Shown: piece after piece, positions 1 to 31,883 of the stretch
Position numbering within the stretch: the first letter of the stretch is position 1
Layout of the letters: each line of letters begins with the position of its first letter
Source: Macrostomum lignano
Lineage: Eukaryota
Length of the DNA stretch: 64,000 bases
Direction of reading: 5' to 3'
Assembly: GCA_002269645.1 (NCBI GenBank)
Contig: NIVC01002221.1
Span: forward strand, 124,001-188,000
The notes under the pieces: model-generated
What the model saw: only the letters and a program-made list of their open reading frames with translations
Databases searched by the model: none
Told to the model about the DNA's origin: nothing
Made by a program: the position numbers and the translations under genes

Positions 1-113
1 TAACAGACTCAAGATCTCACCTAACAGACAAGCAAGATCCCATCTAACAGACAATCAAGATCCCATCTAACAGACTGAAGATCCCATCTAACAGACTCAA
101 GATGCCATCTCCA
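1..113. repeat. Intronic minisatellite, ~21-23 bp unit (TAACAGACTCAAGATCCCATC), truncated by window edge
   Basis: About five degenerate tandem copies are visible directly. Confidence 0.85.
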
Positions 114-119
114 TCAACC

Positions 120-1858
120 GAACTGACCCTCAAACCCGGGCGAGCAGCTGCAGTTGAAGTAAGGCGGCTCAAGGGACACCCCCAGACAGGTGCCGTTGAT
201 GCACACAGGCAGGCTGGTGATGTTGAGGTCCGGCTGCAGCTGGCTGCAGTAGTTTGACGCGGTGGAACAGTAGGGCGGGATGTAGGGCAGCGGGCAGATG
301 CACGGCGGCGAGGCCGTGATATTGTTGCAGATGCCGCCGTTTTTGCAGTCGGTCGGGGTGCATGTGGTTGCGCGCCTGACGCGGGAAAGGGCGCCGAGTT
401 GTTGCGAGTCTGCTGTGGCGCGATTAGGGAGACGACTGTACTGTATTACTGTCTCACAGGAACTTAAGTGCAACTCCCTGGCTTCTGTAATCGCCTTCTA
501 TTTCCTCTCAAATCTAATCTCTCTCTGTCTAGTCTAATCTCCATCCTCTCAAATCTAATCTCTCTCTGTCTAATCTAATCTCCATCCTCTCAAATCTAAT
601 CTCTCTCTGTCTAGTCTAATCTCCATCCTCTCAAATCTAATCTCTCTCTGTCTAATCTAATCTCTCCCTGTCTAATCTAATTCCCTTCCATCCTCTCAAA
701 TCTAATCTCTCCCTGTCTAATCTAATTCCCTTCCATCCTCTCAAATCTAACCTCTCCCTGTCTAATTTAATCTCCATTCTCTCAAATCTAATCTCTCCTT
801 GTCTAATCTAATTCCCTTCCATCCTCTCAAATCTAACCTCTCCCTGTCTAATCTAATCTCCATTCTCTCAAATCTAATCTCTCCTTGTCTAATCTAATTC
901 CCTTCCATCCTCTCAAATCTAATCTCTCCCTGTCTAATCTAACCTCCCTTCATCCTCTCAAATCGAATCTCTCCCTGTCAAATCCAATCTCCATTCTCTC
1001 AAATCTAATCTGTCCCTGTCTAATCTAATCTCTTTTCATCTTCTCAAATCTAATCTCACCCTGGCTACTTTTATCTCCCTCAATCCTTTTGATTCGACTG
1101 TCTGTGTCTTATCTAACCCTTATTTTATCGAATATAATCTATCATCTATATAATCTGCTCTCATAGTACTCCTTTTCAAATTCTTCCTTCACTCATTCCC
1201 CTCTGTATTCTCGTCTCACCCTCCGCACAGTCTCCTACGCCTCTGATCTCCCCTCTCATTTATTCTCACATCCGGCGCAGCCGCTGGCCGACCAGTTGTT
1301 GAAGCAGTGCCGGCCTCCGCCCGCCTCGTCCCGGACGCAGCCATCAAAGGCGGACACAGCCAGGAGGTGCGCCGAACCGTCCGCCAAGCCGTCACTGTCA
1401 GCGCCGGGGCTGGTCTCGAACCGGCAAACACCTTCTCCCAGACTAGCATTGACAGCGCGCGACACTTCAACTTTAATGAGAATATTATCACCGCGACCGG
1501 ACACCAAAGTGGACAGCTGAAGGTCGCCCACCGGATTCGAAGCCCTCCCAGCAGTGCGCAGTTCGCAGGCCTGCACCCGGCCGAGCTGGGGCTGGCTGAA
1601 CAGCACCGTGTGACCATCGCCATCCGCAGTAGACACCGGTTGCCAGGCAACAGAAAAGGCCGCCCGGCCAAGAGTTGGAGCTGTTAGGAGAGATAGCCCA
1701 AGTCCTCGATTCCTGCTGCTCTGACAGGCTGTGAATTTGAGACTGGTGTCGTTGTCCATGGCAACCATGATAGCGTCCTTGTCGTGCGGAGCTGCAAAAG
1801 CCGCTGCCGTTGCCGTGGACGCCGTCAGGGCGGTAAAAAATAGCAACCAGACAAGCAT
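120..1858 (-). CDS. Secreted/surface protein with signal peptide, ~170-aa unassigned N-terminal region and EGF-like repeats; 5' part only, gene continues off the left edge
   Basis: Exon 1 is 1858-1270 (MLVWLLFFTALTASTATAAAFA signal peptide; donor GTGAGA, phase 1). Exon 2 probably starts at 375 (acceptor CCCTTTCCCGCGTCAG, phase 1; alternative 412) and encodes two EGF motifs (CTPTDCKNGGIC..CICPLPYIPPYC; C..VCINGTC..YFNCSCSPGFEG). The exon 2 donor (~120-137) is uncertain. A TATA-like element lies at ~1920-1930 on the minus strand. Confidence 0.75.
505..1070. repeat. Pyrimidine-rich intronic minisatellite, ~41-46 bp unit (CTCTCAAATCTAATCTCTC..TGTCTAATCTAATCTCCATC)
   Basis: Tandem degenerate copies fill intron 1 of the EGF gene. 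Confidence 0.85.
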
Positions 1859-3599
1859 CGATGCACTTTTACGGTTAGTGTTGCCCGATCGAAAACGCCT
1901 TGCTTGATGAAAATGAAGGGTTTTATATAAGGGAAGGCAGCCTTCGTCTTCAGTAGCGCGCCTGCCCCATCTGGTTGGTCAGGGCTGCAGCGGCGAATAG
2001 TGCGTGCGTGCTCATGCAACATTTTAATAACAAATCAATATATACACATGCTTGCATAAGATAATGCGTGACTTTGCACTACTGTCTACTTACGAAAGTA
2101 GAATAATAGCTTAATTAAGCAGAAAACAAAAAGTAAACTTCCGAATAACGGTGCACGTGATTAGGCTCAGAAAGTGTTATAGATGAATATTGTATTTTTA
2201 CGACAGATTTTATTTTTTAACCAGAAAATAAAAACAAAAAACACGACAGAGTGAAATCAACGATTGTGATTACCGGAAAAACGCACATCTAATCGCTATA
2301 AATATTAATAAACGAGAAAAAGCAACCTTGCGAAGTACTGTAAATCCCTAACAGTTTAGCTAGCTTGGAAAGTGACGGTATCGCAAAGAAAAACAAAAGT
2401 AACAGGAATTTTTATAAGCGTCTGAAAACAGAAACAGGTTTTACTCGCGAGCTTATTAGTTGTACTTTTATGCCCCCACTTCTCACTGGTCCCTTTATCT
2501 GTCCAATCAGCGCGCAGTCACTTCTCTGCCCACCCCTCCCTCCATTTTATTGCCTTACCCCCTCGCGCGCCCTGCTGGAGGGGGGGTAGAGGTGAAGCTT
2601 CTATGTACATAATCCACCGGTTGAATGTACATTATTCCTGCACTGATAACAAACTGGACCACAAGCAATGTTCTTGCCCCCTATTATTGCCTCTCATGAT
2701 CAAGATGGCTGATTTATTCTTTACACACTATACTGAATAGAAAGCAGGAAAAGATTTAATTTTGCTTATATTTTAACTGGTTTTGAAGGTTTTCTCTTGG
2801 TCGAACGATATAGTTAGAGCAAAAAATTGCGAAGACGCACAAAGCAACACGCGAGAGAATGGCTGAGACATTGCGGCTGGGACGGATACAAAAATGTTAA
2901 AATAAAATAATATAATTTTGCGCAGCGCTGACTACTGAGCTTACTAAACACTAAAGCTGAGCTTACTAGCGAGTGCGGTGCACAACACTGCATTTTTTAC
3001 TAAGAGACGAAGAAAACAGAGAAAACACAGCCAAGTGTACAAGTGTGTAACACAGTTGCTTTAACACAAGTACTTTCTCTACTTAGTAATAAGATCTATT
3101 AAGACAAACTCTTAAGACTAAGTAAAAAGTACAAAAATCTAATTATTTTTCATGGAAAGAAACAGACAGATCAGATGTAAGTAGAATTGCTGTTGTATAC
3201 ACTTTACTACTCACTGCATATGCATACCGATCTGCACATTATAACTGCATATTGTAAAGGCAGCACAACAGATAAGGAGACAATATTTAAAGATCGTAAA
3301 AGTAACAATCCGACATTTGTTCTTTTAAAGTGCAAAATGTACTTTCTAATTAAGAAATGTCAAAGCAATTCATCAGAAGTGAAAAACGCACTTAAGAAAA
3401 TTATGCACTCGATAGAAATTCGAGGACAAATCTAAACAGAACCAAATGTTAGAAAATGAAGCGACTTGTAATTAATATATCAAATTACGGTTGTAATTCG
3501 CCTTTTAACTACTTATTACAGTAGTAGAAAGGTCAGCGCATTCAAACTCTAAAATTTTAGTTGTTAGTTGAAAATTTTTCCTGTCCCTCCAGCGTCGAC

Positions 3600-4660
<1,061 letters not shown>

Positions 4661-5338
4661 TCAATTTGTTTTATTCAGCTAATTCCAGTTGTCAAAACAA
4701 AGAAGTCTACCAAAAGCACATTTTATAATCTTAGGTTGACTATATTGTATATAATGACTATCTATACTATAGATAAAAAGATATTCTATAGTAAATGAAA
4801 AATTGTACACTACACTGAAAACTAGATTTATACTTCACCTTGTATCATGTAGCTCAGCAACTTAAATTTTTTTGGGATGCTGTTTTTTCTAACTGAATAT
4901 AACTACTATGAATCTTGGGATTTGAATCAGGAACAAAATACTAAATAAAGATCATTTGAATGGTTAACAAACATAAAAAATTACTCCATGAATTAAGAAA
5001 GAATCACTGAAATAAAAAACTTTATAAATGATTCTAACAGACTTATAAGGAGCAAAAAAATTAACTGATACCAAATCCACTTAATGCTTTCCTAAAATTA
5101 AAAAACCAGCATAGAGTAATATTCTTCATGCCACTTACAAGCTAGTTACTTTGTTTTCTTGATATTATAAAATTCACTTCATTGATTTTACTTAGTCTAA
5201 ATTGATTTAAAATAGGAGACAGTACAATTTATAGCACCTTTATTGATCTGAAATTATAAACTTTAATTCATAGAAAAATATCTTATGCATAAAAGCAATG
5301 ACTTTAAAAATCAATATATTATAAGTATTTATAATTCT

Positions 5339-5884
5339 TTGGCTATCCTGCAGAATCATTAATTAAATTCAATGTACATACTATTTAGCTATTGACATAA
5401 AACTTTCCAAAATGAATATTTTCATTATGCCAACTTTTTTGATCTGTTATGGCATTAAAATTCCATTTTAGGAGGTTGCAACTTAACTTTTATTGAAATT
5501 TCCAGGTTTTCCAAATTTTAACAACTATTAACAATTATGCAATTTTGAATTTATGCACTTATGTCACTATGGCAAAAATGTGCCTATGGCCAAAATTAGT
5601 CACAAACTCTGTGGCTTTGAGGAGAAGAGTTTGGGGTTAGAAATATTTGCTGCTAAGCTGCAAATATTGCAAAAAAGTGCTTTTCACTTAAAAATGGCTA
5701 GTGGATGACCTTCTGCCCCAACATGGATTATGCCACCTCAAGAGGTTCACCTAGCCTTTGGACTAGTGCCAAAACACTTGAAAATGTTGGAATAATTAAA
5801 ATATTCATTTTTGGAAAGTTTTATGTCAATAGCTCAAAAATGTATGTATAGTGAGTTTAATAGAAGATTTTGCAGGATAGCCAA
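5339..5884. mobile_element. Degenerate AT-rich foldback/MITE-like inverted repeat
   Basis: Arm 5339-5434 (TTGGCTATCCTGCAGAATC...GCTATTGACATAAAACTTTCCAAAATGAATATTTT...CCAAC) matches the reverse complement of arm 5786-5884 with scattered mismatches. True termini and TSD were not resolved. Confidence 0.65.
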
Positions 5885-7667
5885 TTCTTAAAAAATGCTT
5901 GAATATACATAGTAAAAACTAACATGATTAATAAATCAAATGATAATATAATAATGCATTATATCTATACTATCAAAGTTTAGTTTCTTATCTGATTCTG
6001 ATTGCTTCTATTCTACCCTTGAAAGCATTTTGAATTAGACTTAAACCTTATATTAGCTATTGCACCTGACCTAGATATACATGAGCCATTTTTTAAGTAA
6101 ATCATTTACAGTTTTGCATTAATTGTAATTTGTAAATTTGTATACTGTCATTGAATTAATACTAAAAGCAAGTACAAGCTGAATGAAAGAGTTTTTAAAG
6201 ATAAATACAAGTACAGCATACTATATACATACAATAACAATAGTTTGTAAATATCATAAAGGCTGTATGATAATCTTATCATAATCATCATGATCATGTA
6301 AAATTCACAGTTAAGTCATAGTTAGCTAGGCCCGCTACTTCAAATTTTATAAACCAATACTGGCAATAGTATAAACAATTAAATTTAAAAACAATTTTCG
6401 TTCTGATGCAAATACTACACTACGTAATTGGTCGTAAATACAATAACGTACTGTACTACTAGCAGTGGCGTAAATAAGGTGAACAAGGACACATATATCC
6501 AACAAATAGGCAAAAATTTTATTTTTTATTTTACTGTTTCTACCATATACTCCTTACTTCAGACATGTTAGTTTTTAGGGTATCATATTTATAATTTTTG
6601 GAGAAAATTATGCACTACCTAATAGGTTACGCCCGCGTGTCCTAGTTTATCTTGCCTATTTTTTCAATTACTTAAGTACAGAGACTGGTGGACAATCAAT
6701 GAGCAATAATTACAACTAGGTTAAGTAAGCAGACCTCGTCAATACGAACTGCGATTTAAAAGCTACGGTAAGCAAAAAAATAATATATATTAATTCCAAT
6801 TATGGAGCGTACAAGTGCTACATTACATGGTGTGATTAGACTTGGCTATTACGGTAAGAAGACACAAAGTACAATTACGCACCTATAGATTACTTCATAC
6901 AAGTACACACTAGTACCTAGTGTACAAGACAAACGAATATATTTCAAAGTCAGTTTAATCTTATGAAAAAAGAAACAAAAATTTCAAGTTTGTTGTTTCA
7001 GTAATTTGCTGGTTAAGTGAGATTACTCATTACAGCTAAAATAAGTTAGTAAAATAGTGGCCAAAATAATAAAAATTGAAATTCAACACTTAGCCAGATA
7101 AATGCATTACGCCATCGAATATTGAACTGCCTATAAAAATAGTTAATTCGCAAGTGGAAAGCTAAATAATTGAATGAATTTCAATAGTTAAAACAATTCG
7201 GTAGAGTATATAATCTAATTCTGAGCAGCTGTTGGCGAGACGAGAGCGGAAAAGAATGGGAACAGGTGCGAAAAAAAGTTGAAACACAAAACCAGAATGA
7301 GAATTGCTAGTAAAGTTATATTTTGGAGGGAAGTTTAAATTAATAACATTAATATTATTACTATTAATAATAGTAGGAATATAAAAATAGTAGAATATAG
7401 GAATATAGAACTCAGCTTGGCCAAAGAGAAAAAAGGCAAAAAACATACCTTTGCATCGAAAAAACTTGGACGGGTCCTTTTTTAGCACGAAGCCACAAAA
7501 ATAATACACCTGCCTTACTTATACTACTGCTATAGTAATACAGAAGTGATGCTTACTATACTAAAGAACCGAGAGCCCGCTCGTTCAATTATTTTACTCT
7601 ACACAAGATTTGCAATTTATCAGTCATGAGCTACTATTACTACTTAAAACAGTTTGTTTTGATAATA

Positions 7668-25005
<17,338 letters not shown>

Positions 25006-25209
25006 GGCAAACTAATTTAAATGCCTTAATCAGAGAAGCATGAGCTGAAATGCCAGAGCAAAATAATAATTATTTAATGAGCGCGCGACTGCTTCTTGCT
25101 TATTAAAAAGTCAATAGAAAAAACATGGAAAATGGCTTAGATCTATTATGCATTCCTTTTTCCTTCGTCCGACAGTCAGTCTGTACATTTACTCGCCTCT
25201 CAGTTCATT

Positions 25210-26305
25210 ACCCGATGAAAACGGTACCTAAGCCAAGAAGCGTCCCAGAGTCACAGGTAACACAGGTAAAAATATGAAAGAAGTGACTCCAGACGACTCG
25301 AAATTGACGAGATGTAACGGTACAAGTCAACAAAAAGTTGTCAAAGAGTCGCCTAAGAGTCACTTTAAAGCGTTTAATTGTCTGCGACTCTGAAACGACT
25401 CTGGCGCAACGCAAGTGACTCTGGCGCGACGCAAGTGACTCTGGCTCGACGCAAGTGACTCTGGCGCGATGCAAGTGACTCTGGCGCGATGCAAGTGACT
25501 CTGGCGCGACGCAAGTGACTCTGGCGCGACGCAAGTTACTCTGGCGCGACGCAAGTGACTCTGGCGCAACGCAAGTGGCTCTGGCGCGACGCAAGTGGCT
25601 CTGGCGCGACGCAAGTGACTCTGGCGCGACGCAAGACTCTGGCGCGACGCAAGTGACTCTGGCGCGACGCAAGACTCTGGCGCGACGCAAGTGACTCTGG
25701 CGCGACTCTAATGACTCTGGCGCGACGCAAGTGACTCTGGCTCGACTCTAATGACTCTGGCGCGACGCAAGTGACTCTGGCGCGACTCTAATGACTCTGG
25801 CACAACGCAAGTGACTCTGGCGCGACTCTAATGACTCTGGCACAACGCAAGTGACTCTGGCGCGATGCAAGTGACTCTGGCGCGATGCAAGTGACTCTGG
25901 CGCGATGCAAGTGTCTCTGGCGCGACGGTACATTGACTCTGGCGCGACGGTACATTGACTCTGGCGCGACGGTACATTGACTCTGGAGCGGAAGAGTCCT
26001 ATTTGAGGCCTGCCAGAGTCGCTGTAGAGTCACGGAGTTGAGTTTGAATCGTATTTGCATCGCTAGTTGAATTAGTCGCATCTCAGGCGAAAGTTAAGCG
26101 CCAACACAACGATTCTTCAACGATTTTTTTACGATTCTACAACTCACGTGACGCGCTTGTGACGCAACAGTCGCGCCTCTCCGTCACATTTGACGCGTTT
26201 AAGTCGTTAAAAAGTCACAAGAGCTACCCCAGAGTCTCTAGATTCACTAGTGAGTTGTTTGCAACGACTTTTTGGCGATTCTTGTTAGGGTAGCGTTTTC
26301 AACGG
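25210..26305. mobile_element. Putative non-autonomous TIR element containing a 20-bp tandem array (25390-25990)
   Basis: Imperfect terminal inverted repeats (CCGATGAAAACGGTACC ~25212 versus reverse complement CCGTTGAAAACGCTACC ~26305). Internal unit GCGACGCAAGTGACTCTGGC, with inverted GAGTC copies at both sides. TSD not resolved; the array itself is certain. Confidence 0.5.
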
Positions 26306-28221
26306 TATAATATCATACAATTATAGTATTCTATATCTAAAGTTTTTATTTAGTACACAAAATCTGGTCTAGTAGATAAACAGTAAAGAAAAAATAGTCG
26401 GACTGTTAGTGAGTGACCAACAATGGAAGAGAAAAATAGCTACAATAATAGTCGGGTGGAATTCTGAGTACACGTACACAACTGCATCATGGGTGTGCCC
26501 AGACAGTGACTGAAAACTCCGTTTTTAATGCGCCGTGGGTTATGCCGAACTTAATGAGTGCTTGTGCACAAAAATGTTCAACAAATAGAAAGGAATAAAT
26601 ATAGACTGCTTAAGTTTACCTATACATGTTTTAGATATTTTTTCACCTTAAACTATTGCCTTGACAACAACTACAGCATTTGTGTTAATCATTTCTAGAC
26701 TTTAACTTATTAGATGGCAAAAATATTTAAAACACTGAAAGACACTATACTATTTTCTTCAATTTTGGCACTTCACAGGTCATAGGTCTGACAAAATAAT
26801 GAAATAAATAATCGATAAAAGCTACAAAAACATTAATGGAGTAAACATGGTGATAACAGGGCCAATAAGAAAAAAAGCGAAAATTAAAACTCTCAATCTG
26901 ACTTATTTTAACAAATCATGAAAACGTAGCTATGCCTAATCAACGAGTAAACAAAAGAAAAATAAATCAATCTCCATGACAACCTTACCTCGGCAATAAT
27001 AAAGTTCCTTGCGCAAAAAAGAATTAAAGCAAATTATCTTACTTAAAAAGCTTAACAGAGTAATTATTGTGTTTCAAACACAGTTGGACTGACCGAGCGC
27101 GCCTTATTATAATTGTAAATAAGGTGAAATAAGACGAAAGCGAGAAAGAATGGAACGTCTAAACAGCTCTTGCATGTTGGTCCCTGGCTTGTTTTTTAGC
27201 CATTTTTTCTTTGCGTCGCGCCTCTCCGTCCTCTCAATCGCCCTATTTTGCTTTTCAATTGGAGGCTGACTTGGTGCGGCGGAGTTGGGGTGCGTCGGTG
27301 TCTGCATCTGTCTAACCCCTTCTGCTGCGCACAATCCGTTCCTTCGCACGCACGCAGGCACTGCAGGCAGGCAGCCGCGCGACCAAAGCAAACTAATACA
27401 GAGCAGCAGCGGAGAGGGAGAGAGACAGAAAAAAATGAATAAACAAGCCAGTCCGAAACGGCACGATGCGAGGCAGTTCCGACACAACACTGACAGAGGG
27501 AGGGAGAGAGGCAGAGAATGAATGCAGGAGATGGTAGCTGAGGAGAAACAAGCACAGCAGACAGAGATAGAGCACTAAGACTAAGCCAAGTCCGCTTCCC
27601 AAGCCTCATTATAGGCTAACTGACTCATCAGAAGAGCTTGTTTTTGAAAGTTACCAAGGGTGTGGCTGCCTATTGACAGCGCATGCAGAGACGCCCAACC
27701 AAGAGAAGCGAGAGGGTGCCTGCTGCAGTACACCCTGAGCAGTGAGGCAAATGGGAAGAGGGAACCAAAGTAGGTACTCACTCAGCCAATATTCTCTCGC
27801 CCCCACACCATGAACTGCACGGATTGTACACATGGGGTTAGAAGGGCGAGGAAATTTTTATCCTGTCGCAAGACTCAACATCTCCCCAAAATTATTCTCC
27901 TCATCTTGCCTCTGCTTAATTGTCTGCCTTTGCTGTCGACTTTGGTTGCCATTAGCAACCGTTTGCCTATCGTGTTGACGCAGGATTTTGAATGTGATAG
28001 AGAGAGGAAGCGTGGAATGGGAGGGTATATCAACCTCAGCCCCAACTCTTCCCAATTTCTGTCTACGTACGCTAGACAGTCTTTTCTACAAATCGCCCGT
28101 AAGTCTGGCTGAGACTAGTTTGTCACAGAGAAAGATTAGCCCAGGAAAAGTCAATGCTAAACCACCTGTTAACTTTGTTTGCTAAGATTCAATCCGAGAA
28201 ATCAGAAAGCGAATTTTGATC

Positions 28222-30748
28222 ATGAAACAGCTTTGGCGGCTGCTTCCTGTGAAGCTAGTGGTCCTTTCGTGCTTCTTTATTACTAGCGGTGAGTAACTGC
28301 AGTACACAATGTCATTTTCTCACTATTTGAGTTAAAAATTGAAAAAAAACTCTAAGCAATACTAACATCTACACGAAATCCACAGCTAATTCTCAAAGGC
28401 CAGTCAGTGTCCGCCTAGTTGGCGGCTCGAAACCCAACCTCGGAGTTGTTGAAGTGACAATGTCAACGGGAGCAGTAGGTAGAATCTGCAATCTCGGCTT
28501 CGATAACAATGGTGCGTCTGTGGTATGCGCTATGCTCGGATACAGAGGAGTCACTGGACTCAAAGTGGATCTTCCACCGTATACCGTTGGCAACACGAAC
28601 ACGGTCATGGCGATTAGTGGCTGTCCAGACTTTTTAGTAAGTTTAAATCACATTGACACAAGTAGCGGCATTAAGCCACCTGTTATGGCATACCATTATA
28701 GCATACTATTAAGCCATTATGTTATGGCACATTAAGCCAAACAAAAGTGGAACCCGAATAACAAGATATAGCAAAAACTGGTTTTATTGTTGATGCAAAC
28801 GCAACCGATTACAGGAAGCATCAACTAGCACCTGGAATTTGGAAACGGCCTGTCGCTATGTTGTATCTTCATTTCCTCCCGATTGTGCAGGAAACGGTAG
28901 AGATGCGGCTGTTATTTGCACAGGAACCCAAACAACCAGCACGCCTGGTCCAACTTTGCCGCCCGACTTTGCCACAATTGCTCCGATCGATTGCAACAAT
29001 ACTATCACTAGTCTTAGGCTCGATCCTGGACCAGAGGAAGGCCTCGTGCTCATTCAGAACGGCAGCTTGGGCGGAGATAATTTCGGTACTATTTGCGCAG
29101 CTGGATTTAGTGCCATCGAGGCGGCCACCATCTGCCGTATGCTCTGCCGCAATGAGTAAGTTAACTCTTTGTTTAGTAAGTTAGGCTTTGCAAAACCAAG
29201 CCGCAACAACATAGTGAAACTTTCCAATTTTCAGAACAGCAAATGCCATAGGCATGTCTGGCAAATACCTAACCACAGCGGCCAGCTATCCTGTGATGCT
29301 ATCCGGACTAAAATGCCCCGCTGGCGCTACCAGCACCAACGATTGCAAGCACAACGGCTGGGGCGCAGCGCCTAGCTACTGTACTCCAAACACAGCAGTT
29401 AGCGTTCGGTGCAGCCAGATCTCATTAACACCACCGCCAATACCCGCACCGTTTGTTGTGTGCCACCTATACGTTGCGAATGTATTCTTCACATACACTG
29501 ACGTCGCCTCCGCCAGCCTGCTGAGCCTGTACGGAACGTACAATGAAACTACGTGCAATTTTACAAAAAATGAAAACTCTACAACAGTGTGGGCAACTGT
29601 GCCCTATATTGGCTGCAATAGCGTTCAGACGACTAATGCTACGCATGTTATATACACCTCAATGCTCTATAGGAATGTTACCGCTGTTAGTGGAGTCTAT
29701 GTGGATGTGCCCTATATTATACCAGTGGAGTGCGCGATACCAAAGCTCAAGGAAGTGACAGCAGCATTGCTACCGGACGCTAGGACGGCCCCACCAATAA
29801 CGGGAGGCGATAGTTACACATCAGAGGTAGGCATGCGACGTTGATTGCAGAACTAAATTCAGTTCAAGGATTACTTGCTAATTCGTCAAGTCAAAAATCT
29901 TCCAATTTGCGAAATTGGAAAGAACTGTAGCTTATCCGGTCTAGTAATATGAAAATTCACAATAAGAATGAAATTGCGCATTTAAGCAGAAACTGTAAGC
30001 GTTGAGTCGCAAACCATGCTTCGAAAATTGGGACCTGTAAGTAGGTCGGTGATAAGGAATCAGCCAGATTAGTCAAGATTTGTTCACAAGGTTATTTGAC
30101 AGTAAGCCACGTCTAGCTAAGAAATTTTCAATCATTCTTTACTCCAAATTAATAAAGGTCAAGCTCTACAGATCGTACAATGCCAGAGGCTTCTCAAGCG
30201 AAATCGCACCCGGCGATCGGCTAGTAGTTGGCTCGAGAATCTACGCCAGGGTACGCGAGACCAGCCCATTAAACGTGCGCCTGACCGTGCGCAACTGCTG
30301 GGCCAGCGACAAGTCGGACGGCACTGGGGCAAGCTACTACGTAGTGAGGAACAAGTGTGCCACAGACGCCAACAGCGTGTTCCGAGTTGACGAAAAGAAT
30401 ATAGGCATCAATTTTGCCGTCATGTCATTCACCCAAACTGTCAGCACGCAGGCCTACATATTCTGCGATGTTACAATATGTACACCAACGGATCCAGACG
30501 AACGCTGCTTGCAGACCTGCGGCACTGCAGTTAGGCGCCGACGAAAGCGTCAATTGTCGACTGAGAATGAAAAAGAAAGCTCTCAGCAGCCGTCGCGAGG
30601 CCCTTACATTCTGACAGCAATGACAGCGATGGATGTAGAAGCTTCGAGGGCTGCTTCCATCGCGGATGCCACCCTGCTGTGGCTAATGACGACAGCGCTG
30701 GTTGCTGCTGTAGCATGGAACACTTTCTCCAGCGTATTTATCCATTAG
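28222..30748 (+). CDS. SRCR-SRCR-ZP domain protein (DMBT1/CUZD1-like architecture) with furin site and C-terminal hydrophobic anchor; 5 exons
   Basis: Exons 28222-28288 (signal peptide), 28386-28636 (VRLVGG..GVVEV..GRICNLGFD..ASVVCAMLGY), 28815-29155, 29235-29826, 30158-30748; all phases are consistent. ZP-C cysteines (VRNCWAS..NKC..IFCDVTICTP..CLQTC), RRRRKR furin site, hydrophobic tail. Confidence 0.92.
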
Positions 30749-31883
30749 AAACTCGATTTCTTACTGGACAAATAATAAGGCTCGAGTGTTGATAAGAAGC
30801 AGCACATGAAATGTCTTATGTAACAGTCAAGAACAACAGTAATTTCAAGTTGAAAAGTTTTTTTCTTGTAGACAATTTTAATGTATCCCAATACAACCTA
30901 GACCACTTTTATATAAACTCTTTTGTACTGATTTTCTGAAGACTACTATCTGCAAATAATTTTTGTGTATTAGCCAGATCAACAATTCTCAATTCTCATT
31001 AAAGTATTTATGCTTTCTAAAACTTAAATAATAAAAATGCTTTCTAAATAAATACATGTGTATGAAGTAAAACAATTTAATAAGTTTCCTTAACTGACTA
31101 ATGCCAGTTAGTCAAAATAGCAGAACAAAAATAATTAAAAAGCTATAGGTTAAAATAGCAATTAATTGTTTTGAACGATTTTTCTATGCAATATCTGTGT
31201 CCTTTATAAATAGTATATAAGCACTCAATAAGAAGTTTTGCAATATGATTATTATAGTCAATGGTAGTAGCAAATATGTAGTTTAAGTATAAACCAAGAG
31301 TATTAGATTCTACAAATCAATGCTTCTTTTACTAGATTTGATTACACTGTATTTATAAACAGGATGATGTAATATAGAACATCTACCTATCCTATCTCTA
31401 TGTTTATTTCTCAGCTAGCAAATAAACAGTTTTAAAAGAAAAAACTGCATATTTACTCAATAGATAAACTATCAATAGACAAAGGGATTATTACAAATTA
31501 ATAGTTATCCATGAAAATTCACATACTAGGAAAGACAAGCTGCAAAATCTTAGCTTGGTGGCAATTGGCAGCATGATAAATTAATATTGTATTGCATTAT
31601 TCTAAAGACTTGCTGCCATTCTAATAGGCAGAATATTAGAAATATTTTAAGTAGAAAAAAGAACATGTCAATCTCTATTGTATATCTTAGGTATACCTAA
31701 GCATATTGCTTTTATATTTCTTAAGGCCTCCCTATTACTAGAGTCAAGATCATACTATTTATAAACCAAAAGCTATATTTTTATGCATGGCATATTATGC
31801 AAATACACAAATATACCAGTCTTTATTCTATCAGAATATTCTATTCTATATAGACTATCATAGATACAAAATATATGATGCAA

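Noticed and set aside
6464-6637. Possible CAGTGGCGTA-type MITE
   Set aside because: The right end matches only partially and no TSD was found.
7162-7509. 115-aa hydrophobic ORF
   Set aside because: AT-rich non-coding composition starting at a non-ATG codon, with no motif.
27107-27609. Hydrophobic ORFs resembling a signal-peptide exon for the RPTP
   Set aside because: Low-complexity CT/GA sequence with no suitable donor; a better signal-peptide exon with the correct phase exists at 25005-24894.
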